In this document: piece by piece, positions 26,290 to 39,505 of the stretch
Layout: every line of letters begins with the position of its first letter
Numbering within the stretch: position 1 is the first letter of the stretch
NCBI GenBank assembly: GCA_034780895.1
Contig: JAUZTB010000001.1
Coordinates: 97,611,500 to 97,675,499 of the forward strand
Source: Rhynchobatus australiae
Lineage: Eukaryota
DNA: 64,000 bases
Direction: 5' to 3'
Notes under the pieces: model-generated
Database searches by the model: none
Told to the model about the DNA's origin: nothing
What the model saw: only the letters and a program-made list of their open reading frames with translations
Made by a program: the position numbers and the translations under genes

Positions 26290-27840
26290 TGTTAATGTAT
26301 ATGACAAACAGCACTGATCCCTGCAGTACACTGTTGGTCATAGTCTTCAAATCACAAAAGCAACCCTTCAGTTTGTCAACTTGGACCCTAAGCTTTTGGA
26401 CTAGCTTTCCATGTGGGACCTTGTCAAAGGCCTAACTGAATTCCATGTGAACCATATCAACTGCATTGCCTCGTCAATATATTTCGTTACCTTTTTAAAA
26501 AGAACTCACTTTAAATTAGTCAGACAGGATCTCCCACCAATGAATTCATGCTGACTGTCCCTGATCAATCCCTGCCTTTTCACGTGTAGACTAATTCTGC
26601 TCCTCCAACTTTTTGCCAATAATTCCCTACCACTGACATTAGACTAACTGGAGTATAATTACCCAGCGTATACCTGCTGCCCTTCTTTAATAAAGATACC
26701 ACATTTGCTGTCCTTGAGGCATCTGGCATCTCACCTGTGGTCAGTGGAGCTTTAAATATCTCTGTCAGAGCCCCAGCAATCTCCTCCCTTGTCTCCCATA
26801 GCAGTCTTGGGGATACATCTCATCGATCCCTGAGGATTTATTCACCTTTAGGCCTGCTCAGACATCTATTGTCTCTTCCTTTTTAATTTTAACCAGCTCT
26901 AGAATTTCAGCTGAAATCTCCAGCCACAATATCTTTCTCTTTAGTGAATACAAATGAAAAGGATTCATATGAGACATCGCCCATATCCTCTGGCTCCACA
27001 CACAGATTGCTTCTTTGGTCCCTATTGGGCCCCATTCTTTCCCTGGCTCCCCTATTGCTCTTATTAGACATAAAATATTTTGGGATATTCCTTAATCTTA
27101 TCTCCCAGTGATACTTTGTGGCAACTCTTTGCCTCTTTTTATATACCTGATGGGCCTCCCACATTTTCAGTGCGCTATACCTGTCTTATGCTTCTTTTTT
27201 TTTTATTAAACTCTTTATCCCTTGATATTCCTGGACTTGCTGTCCATATGGGAACATTTTGACCCTGACCTCTCCCTATTTCTCTTTCATAAGATTCCCA
27301 CTTCCCGAATGTAGATTTACCTGCAAGTTGCTGCCCGCAGTCTACATTTGCCAGGTCCTCTCTAATGATATTGAAATCAGCCTTCCCCTAATTCAGTTAC
27401 CTAATTTCAGGACCATCCTTATCTCTTTCCATTATCTACTTTATAACTTACTGAATTATGGTCACTATCCCCAAAGTGGTTGCCCACTGATACTTCACCA
27501 CTTACCCAACTTCATTCTCCAGGATTAGGTCTAGCACAGTCACAACGCTTAGTATTACTATTTACATACTGGCACAAAAAGCTCTGCTGGACACACTTTA
27601 TTTAAAATTCCATCTCGTCCAGTCCTTCACACTTGGGAGATCCCAGATAATACTGGAGAAGACAAAATTCCTTTTAAACCTTTCTGTGATTTGCCTATGA
27701 ATTTGTCCTTCTATCTCCCACTGACTGTTGGAAAGCCTGTAGTCTCATCCCAAAAAAAGTAATTACCTCCTTTTTATACCTAAACCCTATCCAAATGGCC
27801 TAATTTGAAGAGCCTTCTAAGATAGCCTCCCTCATGCTTT
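26290..27840 (-). mobile_element. CR1 LINE ORF2 fragment (endonuclease-linker-RT, with deletions)
   Basis: Minus-strand peptides RERMGPNRDQRSNLCVEPEDM..SFSFVFTKEKD, and atgtgggaccttgtcaaaggc on + (AFDKVPH on minus). Confidence 0.8.
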
Positions 27841-28586
27841 ATTGAAAATGAATAATGTCCATTTTCATAGATAATACATGAAGTTGTATTTTATAGCTTA
27901 TTCTCCAGTGTTACTGTACCCGCCAATTAAAAGTTTAATTCTAACCTGTGGACCAAAGCTTTGCACCTTATTCTATACATAGCAAACTTCGTGGAGACCC
28001 AGAAATTTGCTTTGATCTGCAAACTTTTGACCTACTGATTCGGGACTCCAAATCATTTACATAAATAGAGAACGTCAGTGGTCCCAGCACTAATGCACTC
28101 CAATTCCTATATTTTGTAACTTTCTTTAACCCTTACATTCTTGTTTTTACCTCATTAGCAAGATTGCTATCTATTGTTTTATGTCCCTTGACTTCAAATG
28201 TACTGATCTTGGTTGTGACTTTATCTTAGCAAAAGCCATGCTCTGAGGTGGTATATTATTGTAGAAAATATCAGAAGGTCACACACACATAGGGAAAAAG
28301 CCTCAGTGGAGCAGAGACCAAAGGGATCTGGGGCTACAGATGTACAAATCAATAAAATTTCAGGTGTCTTTCCCTTAGACTGAACTCCATCCCTACAGCT
28401 GAGTTTCCCTGATGATTCCAGCAGCATTTGCTGTAATAAATATACCAGAAAGTATAGGTGAACCAAGCTAGAATACTACACTTTGAATCAAATTACTTGA
28501 CCAGTGACACTAAAATTAACTTTCTTTGTCGACTGTAAATGTCTCATGAATTTTTTAAGTGGTTTTCATCCAGTTTGTTATGCGCA

Positions 28587-29118
28587 TAGAACATAGAACA
28601 CTACAGCACAGTACAGGCTCTTCGGCCCACAATGTTGTGCTGACATTTTATCCTGCTCTAAGATCTAACTAACCCTTCCTTCTCACATAGCCCCATATTT
28701 TTCTATCATTCATGTGTCTATCTAAGAGTCTCTTAAATGTCCCTAATGTATCTGTCCCCACAACCTCTTCAGGCAGAGCGTTCAACTCACCCACCACTCT
28801 CTGTAAAAAAACTTATCCTGGACATCCCCCTTATACCTTCCTCCAATCACCTTAAATTATGTCCCCTCGTGTCAGCCGTTGTTTCACTGGGAAAAATGTC
28901 TCTGACTGTCCACTCGATCTATGTCTCTTATCACCTTGTACACTTCCATCAAGTCACCTCTCATCCTCCTTCTCTCCAAAGAGAAAAACCCTAGCTCACT
29001 CAGCCTATCCTCATAAGACATGCTCTCCAATCCAGGCAGCATCCTGGTAAATCCCCTCTGCACCCTCTCTAAAGCTTCCACGTCCTTCCTCTAATGAGGC
29101 GACCAGAACTGAGCACAA
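28587..29118 (-). mobile_element. Young CR1 LINE 3' fragment
   Basis: ORF 28884..29081 EALERVQRGFTRMLPGLESMSYEDRLSELGFFSLERRRMRGDLMEVYK. catagaacatagaaca tail. Confidence 0.9.
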
Positions 29119-29999
29119 TAACCAATGCTACAATTTCATTTGGGCACTTTCCCAACTTCAAACTTGCTCTTTCTCTCCGTATCAAGCCTGGCTGTTTGTG
29201 TTTGCCCTACCTTTATTTCTGCCCCTCCTTTTTATTTTTCTTTCATTTATAGATTCTGATCATTACTTACCAATAGGCCTGACTATACAACACACTCATA
29301 ACGTTAACAAGACAGAGATACAGAGGCTTAACTGCCCATTCAATGGCTCCATTATTTCAACATATTGCCTTCTGTGCCACTTGAACTAATTTGCTTTCTC
29401 TTTGACCTGAAGCATGAACTGTTTCTCCTTCTACAGACGCTGCCTGACCTGCTGAGTTTTGCCAGCATTTTCTGTCTTTTATTTCAGATTTGCAGCATCT
29501 GCAGTTTTTGTTTTACTTTTCAAGATTAGTGTTTGCAACTATTATCAGCAGAACTCGTGTCAGATGGAGAACACCGACACTCCAGCTGGTCAGGCTCATA
29601 GGAAGTGGAGGCTCGAGGGCTTGGTTCCCCGTGCAGGAGCTGGGATCTAGCAGCAATGCCATCTCACCACAGGGTGGTAGTGTGGAGTCAGCATCGGGGA
29701 ACTATAACAGGAACAGAAGATGCTGGAAAGACTCAGCAGGTCACCAGCGTCTGCTAAAGTCAGTCTCGGCAGCAGAGAGGCTGGGAGATGGCAGTGGGTG
29801 GGATTTCACTAATAGGCTGCAGGAACAGAGACGCAAGAGACTGCCGATGCCGGAATCTGGAGCAACGTGCAATCCACTGAAGGAACTCGGTGGCTTGAGC
29901 TGATTGTTTATTGGGATTCCAACATGCTGCTCGACCTGCTGAATTCTTTGCAGCCGGAATAACGGAGCAGATGCTCTGCAAAGTGATCACTCAGTCTGC

Positions 30000-30135
30000 A
30001 TTTGGACCAATCTGGCAAACGCAGATTGGGCGATCACATTGTGGGGGACCTGCACTCAGTCCACAGGAGTGAGCTGGAGTTGGGGGTTCTCTGCCACTTT
30101 AATTCACCATCCCAGTGCCACCTGGGCGTGTCCGT
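30000..30135 (+). mobile_element. Penelope GIY-YIG endonuclease fragment
   Basis: Peptide KRRLGDHIVGDLHSV...HFNSPSQ. Confidence 0.65.
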
Positions 30136-30572
30136 GGTCTCCTGCAGTGTTGCAACAAGGACCGATGAAAGCTGGAGGGACGACCTTTGGTGTTGCAGCT
30201 GGAGCATTTCCCCAACCTTCACTGACTTGCTCTTTCTGTTTGTATCAGGACTGACTGCGTTTTTGCCTCTTGTCACTTTTTCTTTCATTTGTTTAGTGTG
30301 GCCTGCTCTATATATGTCAATAGACAACATTAGCATCATGTAACAAACAAAAGAGCTCCACTTCCACATTATTTTACCCTAAAAGGAATGCACTTGTTCA
30401 GATCTCCAGTGTCCGTAGTTTCATTCATTTTCATTTTACTGGGAACTGTAATGTGACTTGAATTTCTCTAGCACCATTCACATCCCTGTCAGGATATCCC
30501 AAATTAGAGATATGGAATTAAATTCACTCTCACAGAATTTATGTGAAAAAAAATAATATAAAATCTACATAA

Positions 30573-30774
30573 GTTAGGCTGCACGGAGTACTGTGTGCAA
30601 TTCTGGTCGCCCCATGATGGGAAGGATGTGGAGACTTTGGAGAGGATGCAGAAGAGGTTCACCAGGATGTTGCCCGGATTAGAGGGTGAGAGCTACAAGG
30701 TTGGACAAACTTGGGTTGTTTTCTCTGGAGTGTCGGAGGCTGAGGGGAGACCTGATAGAGGTTTATAAAATTAT
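30573..30774 (+). mobile_element. CR1 3' fragment running into a gap
   Basis: EYCVQFWSP, RLDKLGLFSLECRRLRGDLIEVYKI. Confidence 0.88.
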
Positions 30775-32239
30775 NNNNNNNNNNNNNNNNNNNNNNNNNN
30801 NNNNNNNNNNNNNNNNNNNNNNNNNNNNNNNNNNNNNNNNNNNNNNNNNNNNNNNNNNNNNNNNNNNNNNNNNNNNNNNNNNNNNNNNNNNNNNNNNNNN
30901 NNNNNNNNNNNNNNNNNNNNNNNNNNNNNNNNNNNNNNNNNNNNNNNNNNNNNNNNNNNNNNATTATAGCTAGGTTGCTATCTCATGTTATACGCACACA
31001 TATAAATAGCTAAATTTGCCGATGCAAATAATGGAAAGGCTTCGAAACAGTATCAAATTTCAAAAATTTGGCTGTATAGTGAAAAAGTTTGTGATGTCAT
31101 GGGCGTTGATATCTTTGTATCATCCTGCCTGAAAATGATTTGGGGCAACTATGTGCAGTATGCATCCATTCCTATCTCACCACCACTTTATCATCTCCAC
31201 CCTCCAAATTGTCAGACTGTTTATCTGATGTCTGGTTCTGGATGAGCGGAAAATTTCCAACTCTTCTGGGTAGATGTCTGAGTGTGAACCAGATTGTTTG
31301 CAACATCACAATCACATATGACTCTTAAGTTTACCTGTTTCCATATCTGTTGCTGAGACCCTCATACTTGCAGATTGGGAGACAAGGTAGAAGGCACCTT
31401 TAAAAATTAAAGATTAGTATCTTTAAATACTAAATTTAAAAATTAAGTTTGTTATTTTTAATAATTCCCATATGAATTTGAGTTTTAACTAATTATATTA
31501 AGAAATTAACCTCTAATAATTTTCTTTAATGTTAAGAGTTTTTAAATTTCTGATTGTCAGAGAAAAAAATCCATGACAGCTTTATTAATTATCATAGCAC
31601 CACTCCCTGCTTTGCCTAACATCAAAGCATCTCAGGAGTGCTCTTGCAGCAGGGCCTCCACACTGTGCCACCTGAGGCCTAGTTGCAGTCCAGGCTTAGG
31701 TCAAGGGTTCAGAGAGGCATTGCATATTCACCCCAGATGTATGTGGTTTTGTGGAGACTGAGCTACAGATCCAGCAGAGTCTGGCTCAGAATCCTGCTGC
31801 TCAACTCCTGCCCAACAAGCCAGGGAAAAAAGACATCAGTGCACCTGAAAATAAAGAGATTAAAACTGGACAACTGTACAAGTAGCTCAATGCCACAATC
31901 TTTGTTTGCTATGATGAATCATACCCAGCATTAAAGCAATTTCCTTTGATCAGCTTCTGTAACTTATGTCAGACAGATCCTTGGTAAAATATTGACTTTA
32001 GTTTAATGACTTATTTTAAATATATTTTGGAGTCGCAAATAATTGCCTCAATGTTGTTCCTCTTAGGAGCTCTAAAATTACACTTTAAAGAGACATTGGT
32101 GGTGTGTAGTTTGAAACACAATGAAAGACAGATGGCCTATATCTTACTCAACACTGTCTTCCAGAAAATGTTTTTCATATTGGTCTCAATAATGTTTTAA
32201 AACTTTAAATAAGAACTGTTTTCCTTAATGATGACCTAC

Positions 32240-32302
32240 ATATCAGAATGCTTTAGAGCAAAACTGTGCTGCAGCTTGCCTGAAGATCTGTTACTTTATA
32301 AG
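32240..32302 (+). CDS. RASGRP1: RASGRP1 exon 4: (L)YQNALEQNCAAACLKICYFI(R)
   Basis: 63 nt after the AC acceptor. Donor ag|gtgagg. Similar to human [21 protein letters not shown]. Confidence 0.92.
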
Positions 32303-33529
32303 GTGAGGCTTTTCCTGGAAATGACAACCACAGCTAAGTAAAGACAAAAAGCAAAGTGTCTACCTGCAGTAACTGCATGTCTCATTTTAGGCTCAATTTG
32401 AAAGATTGTGGTTAAGTCCTGCAAACATTTCTTTAAAAATGATAAAAGCTTTTTTTTCATCTGTGCAGTCTATACATAGACAGTCCTTATATACATGAGA
32501 ACTGTGTGAAATCATATGGCTCTAAGCAAGACCAATATTTCAAATGAAAGTTCAATAAATAATGTCAGAAGTATTAAACACAGGAAATACTTATCTGACC
32601 AACTTCCAGCTCTACCAGTTAAACATACAAAGAAGGATGCAAGTGTTAAGAAACCCATATAAAATCAGAGAATCAGAGTAGAAAGAGACTATTTGGCCCA
32701 CTGGCCAGTTCTTTACAGATAGCTGCAGCTTTTAGTTAAATGTAAATTGCTTAGAGATGGTGCATTTTGTCCTAGTGCAAAATAGGGTGTCACCAGAAAA
32801 AGCACTTAATTCATACACACTTGCTTTAAGCAAATACTGTTCTGGACTTCAGCCATCTAGTAGAGTTAGAAGCTGTATCATGCATTTACAAGTCACAAGA
32901 TAGAATTTGGGGTTACATAAAATGGAAGGAGGAGAGAAATTTAGAGGGAGGTATTCAACAGTGCAGTTTAATGGCAATAACCAACACCCTCATGCAGGTG
33001 CAAGGTGCAAGTGTTGCCTGTCTGCAGATGGCAGCTCATTACACTCAAGGCTGGAGAGTCACTAAAACTAAGGATGATGTGCCAGCAAGGATCCTTTAAG
33101 TTACACGTGGTTCCCACCTTTCTGTACGATATACTTGTTTACTTATTTCACTGGGAGTCAACAATGAAGATTGCAGGTCACAAACTTTTGAACTAATCTC
33201 TGTTCCTAAATCAGAAATACACACATGACAATGATATTTACATAATGTGATTGTCATTTCCCCAATGGATTTCAATCAAGGTGAATTGGGACAAGAAATG
33301 CCTGAAGTAATTTCCTGAAGGACAGGACTTCAACAGGAAATATGTACAAAACACTTTAAAATATGCAAAGCATCTTTCCCTTTGCAACTTACGTATGAAA
33401 ATCTGGTGCAAATAATTTCCTCATCTTCTTTCTAGGCAAAGCTTGCTGGTGGGTAAAAAGGATATCAGTATGGTCTTAATAGTTTTGAACCATTGGGTAT
33501 TGATACTATAAATACTAATAACTCTGAAA

Positions 33530-34020
33530 CTATACAATGCATAGTTTTGGTCTCCTTTTTCAAGGAATATTATAATTTAGAGATAGAGCAGTGAAGGTTG
33601 ATTGGACTGAAGGATTTGGCTTATGGAGAAGGCAGCTTACCCTATCAAGGTCCCTGCAAGAATTGTATAGGAGTTCATGATTGTTGGGAAGAACTTGATA
33701 GGATAGATGCTATGAGGAGGTCTCTCCTGATTGGAGAGTCTGGATCTAGGGAGCACATACTTAGCATAACAAGTTCATAACTTAACAATGAGATGATGAT
33801 GAATTTCTTCTCTGGTTACATGTCTTTGGAATTCTCCAAGTACAAATCTATAGAAGTTGATAGATTCAAGACAGATAAATTTTTGTACTACAGAGAAATG
33901 AAGGGCTATGGAATTTGGACAGAGGAATGGAATGATCAAGGTCAGATCAACCATGATATTGAATAGCAGAGTAGGCTCACGGGGTTAGTTGGTCCACACT
34001 TGTCCCCTTTTCTAACATTC
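33530..34020 (+). mobile_element. Old CR1 3' fragment
   Basis: Degenerate CR1 C-terminus and 3' UTR (gtcagatcaaccatgat...). Confidence 0.65.
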
Positions 34021-34415
34021 TTTACTTCCAGATTGCACTGTGTATATATATAAGTTAAATTGTGTTATGTTATGAATAATGAAAATAAACTATTTGGTAT
34101 TTTTTATGTTTAGATTGCCTGAAAAATAAGATGGTGAGAGGCACTCTCAATAATAAGTGATTATTATTATGATTATGCAAATATAATAATAATCTCACAA
34201 ATAAGATTGTGATGAGTATCACAAGAAATGAAACAATCAAATTTGTCCAATAAACTGATGAACAATTTAAGACTGGGAACTAGAGTCATAATCTTAATAT
34301 GGCCTGAAATCTTTCTAAATCATCATTTTAACAGCTTTATTAAATGTATATGAGGTTAAGCAGATGTGAGTTCTTTGCAAATTTCATGTCAATCTAAGTA
34401 ACCTAAACAAACCAG

Positions 34416-34758
34416 GCTTGCAATACAAAAGCCTGAAAGCACGTACCACCAGGCTCAAGAACAGCTTCTATCCCACTGTTAATAAGACTATTGAACAGTC
34501 CCCTTGTACGATAAGATGGACTCTTGACCTCACAATCTACCTTGTCGTGGCCTTGCACCTTATTGTTTACCTGCACTGCACTTTCTCTGTAACTGTAATG
34601 CTTTATTTTGCATTCTGTTATTGCTTTCCCTTCTATGGGAATAACCCTTCTGTTATTGCTTTTCCCTTCTATCAATGCACTGATGTGATGAAATGATCTG
34701 TATGGGTGGCTTGCAAAACAGTTTTCCACTGTACCTCAGTAATAAACCAATTTACCAT
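34416..34758 (+). mobile_element. Rex1-like LINE 3' end
   Basis: YKSLKARTTRLKNSFYP, followed by a 3' UTR ending aataaaccaatttacc. Confidence 0.8.
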
Positions 34759-35029
34759 TTATCAAATTTACTTGTTCCAAAAACAACACAAGTATTAAAT
34801 CAAGTCACATATGAGAATCAACAGTCTAATTAACTGATTTATATTTGAGATAGAATCCTATCATGAGTGTAGAGATAGTGGGCTAAGCACGTATCCTTGA
34901 GGTGCTCAAGGACCTAAGTTGATTAGGTTCCTGGAAAGGAATCTAAGTTCCTGGAAAAGAAAAGCATAACTTTAGTATTGTACGTTTACCTATTGGTTTC
35001 TACTAGAGATAAATTGAAGACACAACAGG

Positions 35030-35631
35030 TCTACAGCAGATGCAATCTCATTGGCTCTCCACTCGGCTTTGGAGCACCGAGACAACAGCAAAACACATGT
35101 CAGGCTGCTGTTTATCGATTGCAGCGTGGCATTCAACACCATCATCGCCTGAGTAAATATCAACAAGCTTCAAACCTGGGGCCTCTGTACCTCCATCTGC
35201 AACTGGATCCTTGACTTCCTTATTTTGGGAGACCACAATCAGTGCACATCAGTAATAACATCTCCTCCTCGCTGACAATCAACGCAGGCGCACCTCAAAG
35301 ATACGTGCTTAGCGCACTATCTCTACACTCAAGACTGTGTTGCTAACCACAGTTCAAGCACCATCTATAAATTTGCCGATGACACCACTGTTGTTGGTAG
35401 AACCTCCAGATGGTGATGGGGAGGCGAACAGGAGTGAGATAGATCGGCTGGCTGAGTGGTGTCGGAACAACAACCTTCTTCCCCTCCACCATCAGATTCC
35501 TGAGTAGTCCACGATCACTACTTCATTTTTGCATTAGTTATTTATTTTGTAATTTAAAGTAAATTTATGTCTTTGCCACAAAACAACAAATTTCATGACA
35601 AATAAGTCAGTGATTATAAACCTAATTCTGA
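35030..35631 (+). mobile_element. Rex1/Babar LINE fragment with internal deletion
   Basis: AFNTII, CNWILDFL, YKFADDTTVVG, WCRNNNL, then a jump to the 3' UTR ending taaacctaattctga. Confidence 0.85.
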
Positions 35632-36494
35632 AGTGATGGGTCCAGAAATACGTTAGCATCTGAAAACGAGTGTTAAATTAGTCCTGTATTGGGAAACCTC
35701 ATCAATTTTTTCTTTGAGGACCCAAGCAGCTACATATCATTGTACACAAGACTTAAGGGGCCGTGCATGATATATAGATTGTGCACACACAAGCATGGCA
35801 GAGCTAGCACAGACTGGTCTAGCCACAGATTGTGATGGATAATAGTGCCAAGGCCAGGTTGAGAGCAGCTCGATTGGGTGGTGTGGAGGACAGGACCTGT
35901 TGAAAGGATTGGGATCATCGAGGGAATGGGGAGGGGAGGAGTGTTGGTGACACAGTCAGGGATCTGAATCAGCGACAAGAGCAAGGGTTGTGAAAATGAC
36001 CAACAATCAAAGTTCCTGTTGGACTTATCTGCAAGATGATCGACATCTTGGACACTCCAGCCACAGAACAAGCAATCCTGTCCCCTTTAAGCAAACACGA
36101 ACAGACTTCAGCTGTCCAGTTAAGGGCAGTTCTTTGTGTGTGGCCAAGCTGCTCCTGGACTTTGGGTGCACAATTAATTTTACACAACTGATGTCCAAAG
36201 CTGCATTGCCCAGGTATGGTCTCCATGCATGTGTATGCCACACAAGCAGAAAGAATCCAGGACAAATGATAGTAACTGCACAATCTACATTCTAAGGATT
36301 TGATCCAAATTTCAGGGTAAATTTCTTTGGGAGAGGGTGGGGAGGCAAGGGTAAATATATAGAAAACCCACTTTGCAGAAGAAATTCTAGCTTAGGGTTT
36401 GTTAAATATGTGCTTTTCTTTTAGAAATATGACCATAAATTAATTTCAAAAGCAAAATGCTAAGAATGCAGGAAATAAACGTTGGTAGTTAATT

Positions 36495-36665
36495 ATTATC
36501 ACACATACAGGGGAAAAAATTGTTTTGCATGCCATCCATACAGAATCATTAAGTACATTGAGAGAGCATAAAGGGAAAAGCAGCAAGAGAATGCAGAACA
36601 TAGTGCTACAGTTACAGAGGAAGTGCAGTGCAGGTAGACAATAAGGTGCAAGGGCCACGAACTAG
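36495..36665 (-). mobile_element. Rex1-like LINE 3' UTR fragment
   Basis: gtgcagtgcaggtagacaataaggtgcaagg shared with the 1365, 34416 and 37835 copies. Confidence 0.7.
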
Positions 36666-37834
36666 NNNNNNNNNNNNNNNNNNNNNNNNNNNNNNNNNNN
36701 NNNNNNNNNNNNNNNNNNNNNNNNNNNNNNNNNNNNNNNNNNNNNNNNNNNNNNNNNNNNNNNNNNNNNNNNNNNNNNNNNNNNNNNNNNNNNNNNNNNN
36801 NNNNNNNNNNNNNNNNNNNNNNNNNNNNNNNNNNNAAGATAAGCAAAAAAATGTTAGGATTACACAGCAGGCAGGGCAACGTCTATGGAAAGAAACATGG
36901 CTAATGTTGCAGGTGGATAACCCCCCCAGCAGTTTTGAGGTCATTAACCTGAAACATTGGCTGTTTCTCTTGCCATGATTACTGTTCTGTCTGCCTGTTT
37001 TTATTTTGTATAGGCTATCATTACCAAAGTGTGGTTTGTCAAAGAACAAATCAGCCAACTAGCTATGGTAAATGCAACTATTATAAGACTATCTTGAATG
37101 TCTCATGTAACTTGGCTTTAATTCATTTTCAGTATACCTGTAGTCCAGTGTGGGTAAGTGGAATAGATTCAGTTGCCTGATCTGGGTCTGACAATCCATT
37201 GTCACATGGACGCAGAATTTGTTGGTAAATGCCAGTAGCTCCAAATGCTGTGTCCTTCAGTATGCTTCTCAGCTGGATTCCCTGTGGAATTCAACTTTGG
37301 AAATAGCTTTCAGATCCTTCACAGGGTTGTTAGAACTGGCAATAGGTTCCTATTGATCTCAGTGGGGATTGGAGAACTGTGGTGAAGTAAAGAGGACTGG
37401 AAGTTACTTCTTTAAAAATTATGTTTTATATAATGTTTCTTATATCTTTTAAATATTTTTAACTATTTTATTTTTAAATAATCTTTAAAAATCTTTAAGT
37501 TCTTTACTTTAATAAACCAGACAGCTTTGATAGCTGGAGGCAGGGCCCAAGCACCCGTCAAAGTTTTCAAGGGAGATTTGGTGATGGGGCTTCTTGAGTC
37601 CATCATTGGGGGCATGCCACCTCTTGAGCATCATTGCCGATCTCCAGGACACTTCCAGTCAGCAGCAAAGGCCTGAGAGGTGGCTGGGAGTGTCCAGGAG
37701 TGGGAAGAAAAGGGATGAACAAGGATGGCAAATGCAGGCAAAAGTCCCATGCCATTAAGACCCAATTTGAAAATAGTACCTGTGATATAACTCAGCCCAG
37801 TTAAGGTACTGATACTAATCCATAATGTAGAGTT

Positions 37835-38325
37835 AATGGTAAATTCATTTATTTTTGTCACATGTACTGAGTTACAGTGAAAAACTTGTCTTGCATACAG
37901 TCCATTCAGATCAATTCATTACCCCAGTGCATTGAGGTAGTATAAGGTAAAAACAATAATAGAGTACAGAATAAAGTGTCACAGCTACAGAGAAAGTGCA
38001 GTGCAGGTAGACAGTAAGGTGCAAGGTCACAGTGAGGTAGATTGTGAGGTCAAGAGTCCATCTTATCTTTCTAGGGAACCATTCAATAGTCCTATAACAG
38101 CTGGATAGAAGCTGTCCTTGAGCCTGGTGGTACGTACTTTCAGGCTTTTGTATTTTCTGTCCAATGGGAGGGGGAAGAAGAGAGAATGTCTGGGGTCCGG
38201 GGGGTCTTTGATTATACTGGCTGCTTTACTGAGGCAGGAAGAAGTGTAGACCGAGTCCATGGAGGGAAGGCTGATTTCTGTGATGTGCTGAGCCACGTCC
38301 ATGACACTCTGCAGTTTCTTGCAGT
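37835..38325 (-). mobile_element. Rex1-like LINE 3' fragment
   Basis: ORF 38063..38302 SLPSMDSVYTSSCLSKAASIIKDP...YKSLKVRTTRLKDSFYPAVI. Confidence 0.88.
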
Positions 38326-38490
38326 CATGGTACTTTCTGTTCTAAGTCATGTTGTAGCTTTTAGTGAAAGGTGATAACAATGGGACAAATCTGAGTGAAG
38401 TCTCTGCCGTTGATATATTGCTATAAGTTAAAATAAAGGTATTGTTACATTACTTATGCTGATGTTAATATTTACATGGTTCTGTTGCAG

Positions 38491-38622
38491 GTACTGGATT
38501 ACCGAGTTCTGGATTATGTTTAAAATGGACAATAGTCTTTCAGAAACAATGGAACATTTTCAAGAGCTGGTGAGAAAGAAGGGTGAAGAGTCACATTCCC
38601 AGTTTATCGACACCTCACAAAT
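38491..38622 (+). CDS. RASGRP1: RASGRP1 exon 5: (R)[43 protein letters not shown](I)
   Basis: Acceptor tctgttgcag, donor at|gtaaga. 132 nt, phase 2/2. Confidence 0.95.
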
Positions 38623-39249
38623 GTAAGACATAAACTTACATTCCATTTCTAAAAGAAAAAAATGCAGAGTAAGCCACCAACATCACCTGCACAATTAGAC
38701 TTGCTTAAGAATAGGTATATGAGAAAAGAGGGAAAATTGGGGAAAAATTTTCAACACAATATTTCTTAGTCTTAAATTAAATTGTAGCCTTACAGAGTGT
38801 GACATCATACAAAATTTACTGTGAATTGTTTTTTTTAATGAACTTGATTGTGTGCTTTCTCAAACCATTTTCTAGAAAAAAAGAACTCTCAGTTAAACAA
38901 TACATTATTTCAGGTTGACTCAAAGTCTCCCTAGCCAAGGAAACATATTTCATCACGTTGCTGTAATAATAACAAGCAATTAGCAATTGTCAATGACTAT
39001 CTTTTGAAAGTCTCTCAGCAGCAACTTACAGAAAATGGTCAAATCTTCTAAAGTTTCTTAGTCATTCAAAGATATTAATACATTTTTAAAATCTGAAAAA
39101 CAAAAAACTGAAAAATTAAAATCTTTTAAGAAAATCAAAAACCAAGGCAAAGCTGAAACCTCTAAATATGTTTAAATATCTTTAAACACTTCAAAATATC
39201 TAAAGTAACAAACTTAAAAGAAACTTGGGAAATTTGGAAGATTTTTTAA

Positions 39250-39505
39250 ACGATGGATATGGAATGGACAATTCAGGACTGAGATAAGGAGAAATCTCTT
39301 CACTCAAAAAGTGGGTGAGCTGGTGGAATTTACTATCGCCTAAAGCAGTTGAGGCCAAATCATTAAATATACTACTAATGACCAAAGAGATCTAGCATCA
39401 TGGGGAGAAAGCAAGAATAGAGCACTGAATTTGGATGATTAGATATGATCATATTGAACAATGAAGCAGGCTTGAGGTTTAATAGCATACCCCTGCTCCT
39501 AATTT
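39250..39505 (+). mobile_element. CR1 3' fragment
   Basis: gagataaggagaaatctcttcactca...gtggaatttactatc...ccctgctcctaatt. Confidence 0.65.

Larger units (their letters stand above)
23698..32239 (+). other. RASGRP1: U12-type AT-AC intron (intron 3)
   Basis: 5' ATATCCTTT at 23698, branch site TTTTCCTTAAT at 32219-32229, terminal AC at 32238-32239. Splicing joins TT|A (Leu) and keeps the frame. Confidence 0.92.
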
